A DNA stretch of 62,289 nucleotides, filler included, from Hausera hauseri (taxonomy: Eukaryota): NCBI GenBank assembly GCA_046269625.1. It is 9 parts of 9 records of this genome, joined end to end, with 100 filler letters (N's around TTAATTAATTAA, not from the genome) between each part and the next. Parts side by side here need not be neighbours in the genome. Positions count along the whole stretch, not along the records: positions 49,090 to 62,289 come from JBJURY010900202.1; 8 more parts are not named here. The stretch is one strand, 5' to 3'. Below, in pieces: positions 58,840 through 62,289 of this stretch. A model generated the notes under the pieces. The model ran no database searches and was not told where the DNA came from. It saw only the letters and a program-made list of their open reading frames with translations. The stretch's first letter is position 1, and every line of letters begins with the position of its first letter. Both the position numbers and the translations under genes were made by a program.

Positions 58840-61066
58840 TCAACTACAATATTACGTTTTTCATGGATGGAACAGCGTTATCGATTTCCTTCATCAGTTG
58901 GAAACAATAGTAGAAACAGAAATCGCATCCTGGTACAGAAGAAATAGCAATAAGCCTTCGATGTGGACAGATGAAGATGAACGCCTGACGTTTTCAGTCA
59001 CAGATAAATGTTACCTGTGCAACAAAATATTACCGTTTGATTCACAACAACGGCTCGTACCGGATCACGGCCATTTCATGGTCGACATCTCGGAGCATCA
59101 TGCAATTCGTGCAATTTGGCAAGGCGTGTGAGGCTATTCCTGCCGGTGATTTTTCATAACTTCCGCGGTTATGATTGTCACCATATTTTAAAATGGGCCA
59201 TAAACGGATTCCCGCACTGGAAACTATCCACAATTCCAACAACGATGGCGAAATATCTGTCACTGTCTGCGTGTATTAACCGGTTCCAAGGACGCTTCCT
59301 TGATTCATTGCAGTTCCTAAATGAATCTCTGGCAAATCTGGTAAATGCCCTGTCAGCTGTGCCGCTAATATTGACTTAGTTCCCGACACATATTTCACGT
59401 AGAAAAGGGATATTCCCGTATGACTTTGCGATATCGTGCGAGCGGCTCCAGACGACAGACGAATTACCACCACAATGGCCCGGTATCACAGAAGAAGAAT
59501 ATTACAAAGCGCAATCGTTTCTGGCAGAGTTTGGCTGAAGAAACCTGTCGCAGTACATGCTTTAGTATCTGAAATTGGATGTATACTAATTAGCCAATGT
59601 GTTTCAGACATTTTAATATAAAGCGTTGGAAGAAGATAAGCTGGAACCACTCAACTTTTACTCAATACCCGGAATGAGTTGGCGTCAGTTCTGGTGTCAC
59701 TGGATCGGGATATCGAGCTATTGCAAGACCCGGAAATGTACCGAATGTTTGATGTTAGTATTCGTGGCGGCATGACATATGTCAACAAGCATCATGTAAC
59801 CAGTGCTGATACCACATCACTGTTGTATATAGACATTAATTAGCTGTACGGCTGGGCGCTTTCACAACCCTTGCTGTACGGTTCATTCGATTGGGTACTT
59901 GACAAACAGAACCTGGACACAATATTGGAAAATCTGACGAGAGCAGACACAACAGAAGACAGCTCAATCGGATACCTGATGGAAGTCGATCTCGTGGTAC
60001 CAGATGAGCTGCATGACTTTCTAGATGAACTGCCGGTCGCACCAAATAGCTAATGTCCACCGGGCTGGAAGGTGAAGAAGCTGCTTATGACGCATGAACG
60101 CAAGAAAAATTACATAGTTAATTGGCGTCTGTTGCCATTTTACATGCAATTGGGTGTACACATCACACGGCTACATCGCGCAATCCGATTCATACAGGCT
60201 CCGATATTCAAGCCATAAATCAGTCGAAATTCGGGAAAACGAGCTACAGCTTGTACGATGTTTGAAAAAGATTATTATAAACTGAAAAACAATTCTCTCT
60301 ACGGAAAAACAGTAGATAATCTGAAAAAGCGGCTCAATGTACTCCAATACAATATCGAAAAGCAGTTGGTCACGTACACGAGCAAGGAACAAGTCAGGCG
60401 ATCAATGCACATTGCCGATGGATTAGTTGCCGTGTTTTTAAACAGGGAAGAAGTCGTGCTGGACCGGCCAAGTTATATGGGACAAGTAGTATTGGACCTG
60501 AGCAAGTTGCGGATGTATGAGTTGCAACATTACAATTTAGCACGTTATCGGCAAATGTTCGACGGCGACGGATGCAGAATCAGTATAATTGCCGATGATA
60601 CAGATCGTTTTTTTTGGAACTAGAAAGCGTCAATCGCGAACAACTACTGCGGCAAATGATGGCCGACGGATTATTGAATACGTCCAGTTGCCCACAGAAT
60701 CATCCATTGTACAGCACCACCATTACAAACAAAATCGGCTGCTTCAAGGATGAAAGTGAAGGTTGGGTTCAGTATCGGGAATGAGTATTTCTAAGGCCAT
60801 AATATTATAGCCTTTTAACTGACTGTGGACCAAAAATGCGCGCCAAAGGAGTTCCGTTGACCCAGCCGGAAATAAATCACGTTGATTATCACCGTATTTA
60901 TGAAGAAGAAGGACAATCAAAAGCTGTTGCGTCTCAAACAATCATCCGATCAATTGAGCACCAGCTGTATACGGTGACCAATACAAAAGTCGTTTTATCA
61001 TGCAATGATGATAAGCGAAAGTGGGCGGGGCGAAAAAGAGTTGGGCGTACGGACATTCGCGTTTGA
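58840..61066 (+). pseudogene. polB: Protein-primed family B DNA polymerase, copy 2 (N-terminus lost)
   Basis: CYLC..DH.H (EndoVII-like), PVIFHNFRGYD, FLDSLQFL, IRGG, YIDIN, KLKNNSLYGKT, DTD, RAKGV, DDKR. Confidence 0.92.
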
Positions 61067-61407
61067 GATAACACACGTTTAGTGTTCACAAACAGTTCAA
61101 TGCAAATATGCAATTCAGTCCAGTTAGATTATTGACATTTGTGATCTTTATTTTACATTCATCTGCTGTACATGTTTTGTTATATATGATCAATAATGTA
61201 TTTGTACACTAGTTTTTGTCTTACGTTTTATAACAAGGAAATGGGGTTTAATTTGGGTTATGGAAAATAAATTAAAAAGAAAATCTCATATTATTTAAAA
61301 ACTCAAATACTTTTCATTATTAATCTAAAACACAACTCCAAAAACTCAAATAAATTTTATTGTAAATCATAAACTAACAACACCAAAACTAAAAGAAGCA
61401 TGTCAAG

Positions 61408-61707
61408 TCAATTCATTAGGATAAACTTCCCCAACTTCCACATTGGCGATTTAATACCGAGCAGTTCCTTATATCCTTTTAGCCTCATTTTCGTGTATCC
61501 TTTTACCCCTTCCGTTGGCAAAACTGCTGTTTGTCCACTTTCACTCACAATTTTCGTCATTTTGCCTTTAAAGAGAAGCGAGGATGTGTTCCGAATATCA
61601 TTGGACAACATCAAGTCATTGTCCACTTTCTTCATCGTTTCCTCCAATTCACTGAAATCACTGTCACCTATTTTCTTTTTTAACAGGCCATATTTTACCT
61701 GTTTCAT
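61408..61707 (-). CDS. Polinton accessory protein of about 100 aa, copy 2
   Basis: Homologous to 52500-52849 and, like it, convergent with polB. Confidence 0.65.
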   Translation of the reverse strand: MKQVKYGLLKKKIGDSDFSELEETMKKVDNDLMLSNDIRNTSSLLFKGKMTKIVSESGQTAVLPTEGVKGYTKMRLKGYKELLGIKSPMWKLGKFILMN

Positions 61708-62289
61708 TTTGATCGTGTTGATAATTGCACTAGAAAGGGGGTTCGCAAGAAATACAAATTGTACCCGTTATACACTCTGGAGTATCTGACGGAATACAGC
61801 CCGTACTTCGACTCACCGTTTCTTTCTAAATACATATTAAGGACAAAAAGTAAAAATGAAATGGACTTACTGCAACCTGGCAAAATTGAACTGTCGTTCT
61901 TGTTGTTGATGCTGTTGTTTTGTTGTGCAGACATTTCAGAGACAAAGTGGAATGAAAAGACATTCATATTTATATCAACTTTTGTTTTCATTGTAAACAA
62001 TAGACATTTACTTTGTGAGTATTATCTCATATCACAACAAAGATAAATATTATCTCATCACAATGATAGTTATATACAATGATACTATTCAATTGTCAAA
62101 TACGAAACTAGTTTACAAAAAGAAAGAAGAAACAGAGAAATACGTACATATTTATTTGCATAAAATATAGTCAATACAAAGCCGCAGACATTTTTTATAA
62201 GCACAACGTGGTCCATGATTACGATACGGACATCGGATATTGTCAGGTACCATCGCTAGGGAGCTATTTGATGTAGTTGAATACGTCGT

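Larger units (their letters stand above)
49090..62289. mobile_element. Decayed Polinton/Maverick (adintovirus-like) cluster, at least two partial copies
   Basis: pPolB (twice), minor capsid, chromo-integrase, packaging ATPase, dUTPase; all disrupted; no TIR, major capsid or protease recognised. Confidence 0.9.

Noticed and set aside
990-62046. Numerous 60-150 aa ORFs opposite or overlapping pol, gag, polB and repeats
   Set aside because: Shadow frames or repeat-derived, with no motifs.
42997-62289. Giant-virus, nudivirus or baculovirus genome fragment
   Set aside because: PolB is the protein-primed Polinton type with an integrase; no NCLDV major capsid, RNA polymerase or pif/lef genes were recognised.

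Overview
This window is not one locus. It is nine contigs joined by artificial 100-nt spacers (N44-TTAATTAATTAA-N44): 1-5309, 5410-10501, 10602-15114, 15215-19706, 19807-30775, 30876-35093, 35194-42896, 42997-48989 (with an internal N gap at 47818-47965) and 49090-62289. The content is eukaryotic, rich in mobile elements and endogenous virus sequence, and apparently mixes vertebrate DNA (an FGFR1 IIIc exon and a near-complete fish-type endogenous retrovirus) with AT-rich, probably invertebrate DNA. The AT-rich part holds CsRn1-like and other Ty3/gypsy elements, a mariner, Penelope and RTE fragments, a foldback element and decayed Polinton/adintovirus copies. Two architectures stand out. (1) At 42997-46800 (minus strand), an LTR-like region and a tRNA-Met primer-binding site are followed by a co-oriented cassette of RING/zinc-finger genes and a 2xBIR+RING IAP, each preceded by a same-phase splice acceptor, and then a gag-like start. 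This suggests an LTR retroelement with a spliced E3-ligase/anti-apoptosis arsenal. (2) At 15215-19706 (minus strand), a chuvirus-type glycoprotein runs in one reading frame into gypsy protease-RT-RNase H with no Gag in between. All calls rest on motif recognition by eye; no database searches were run.
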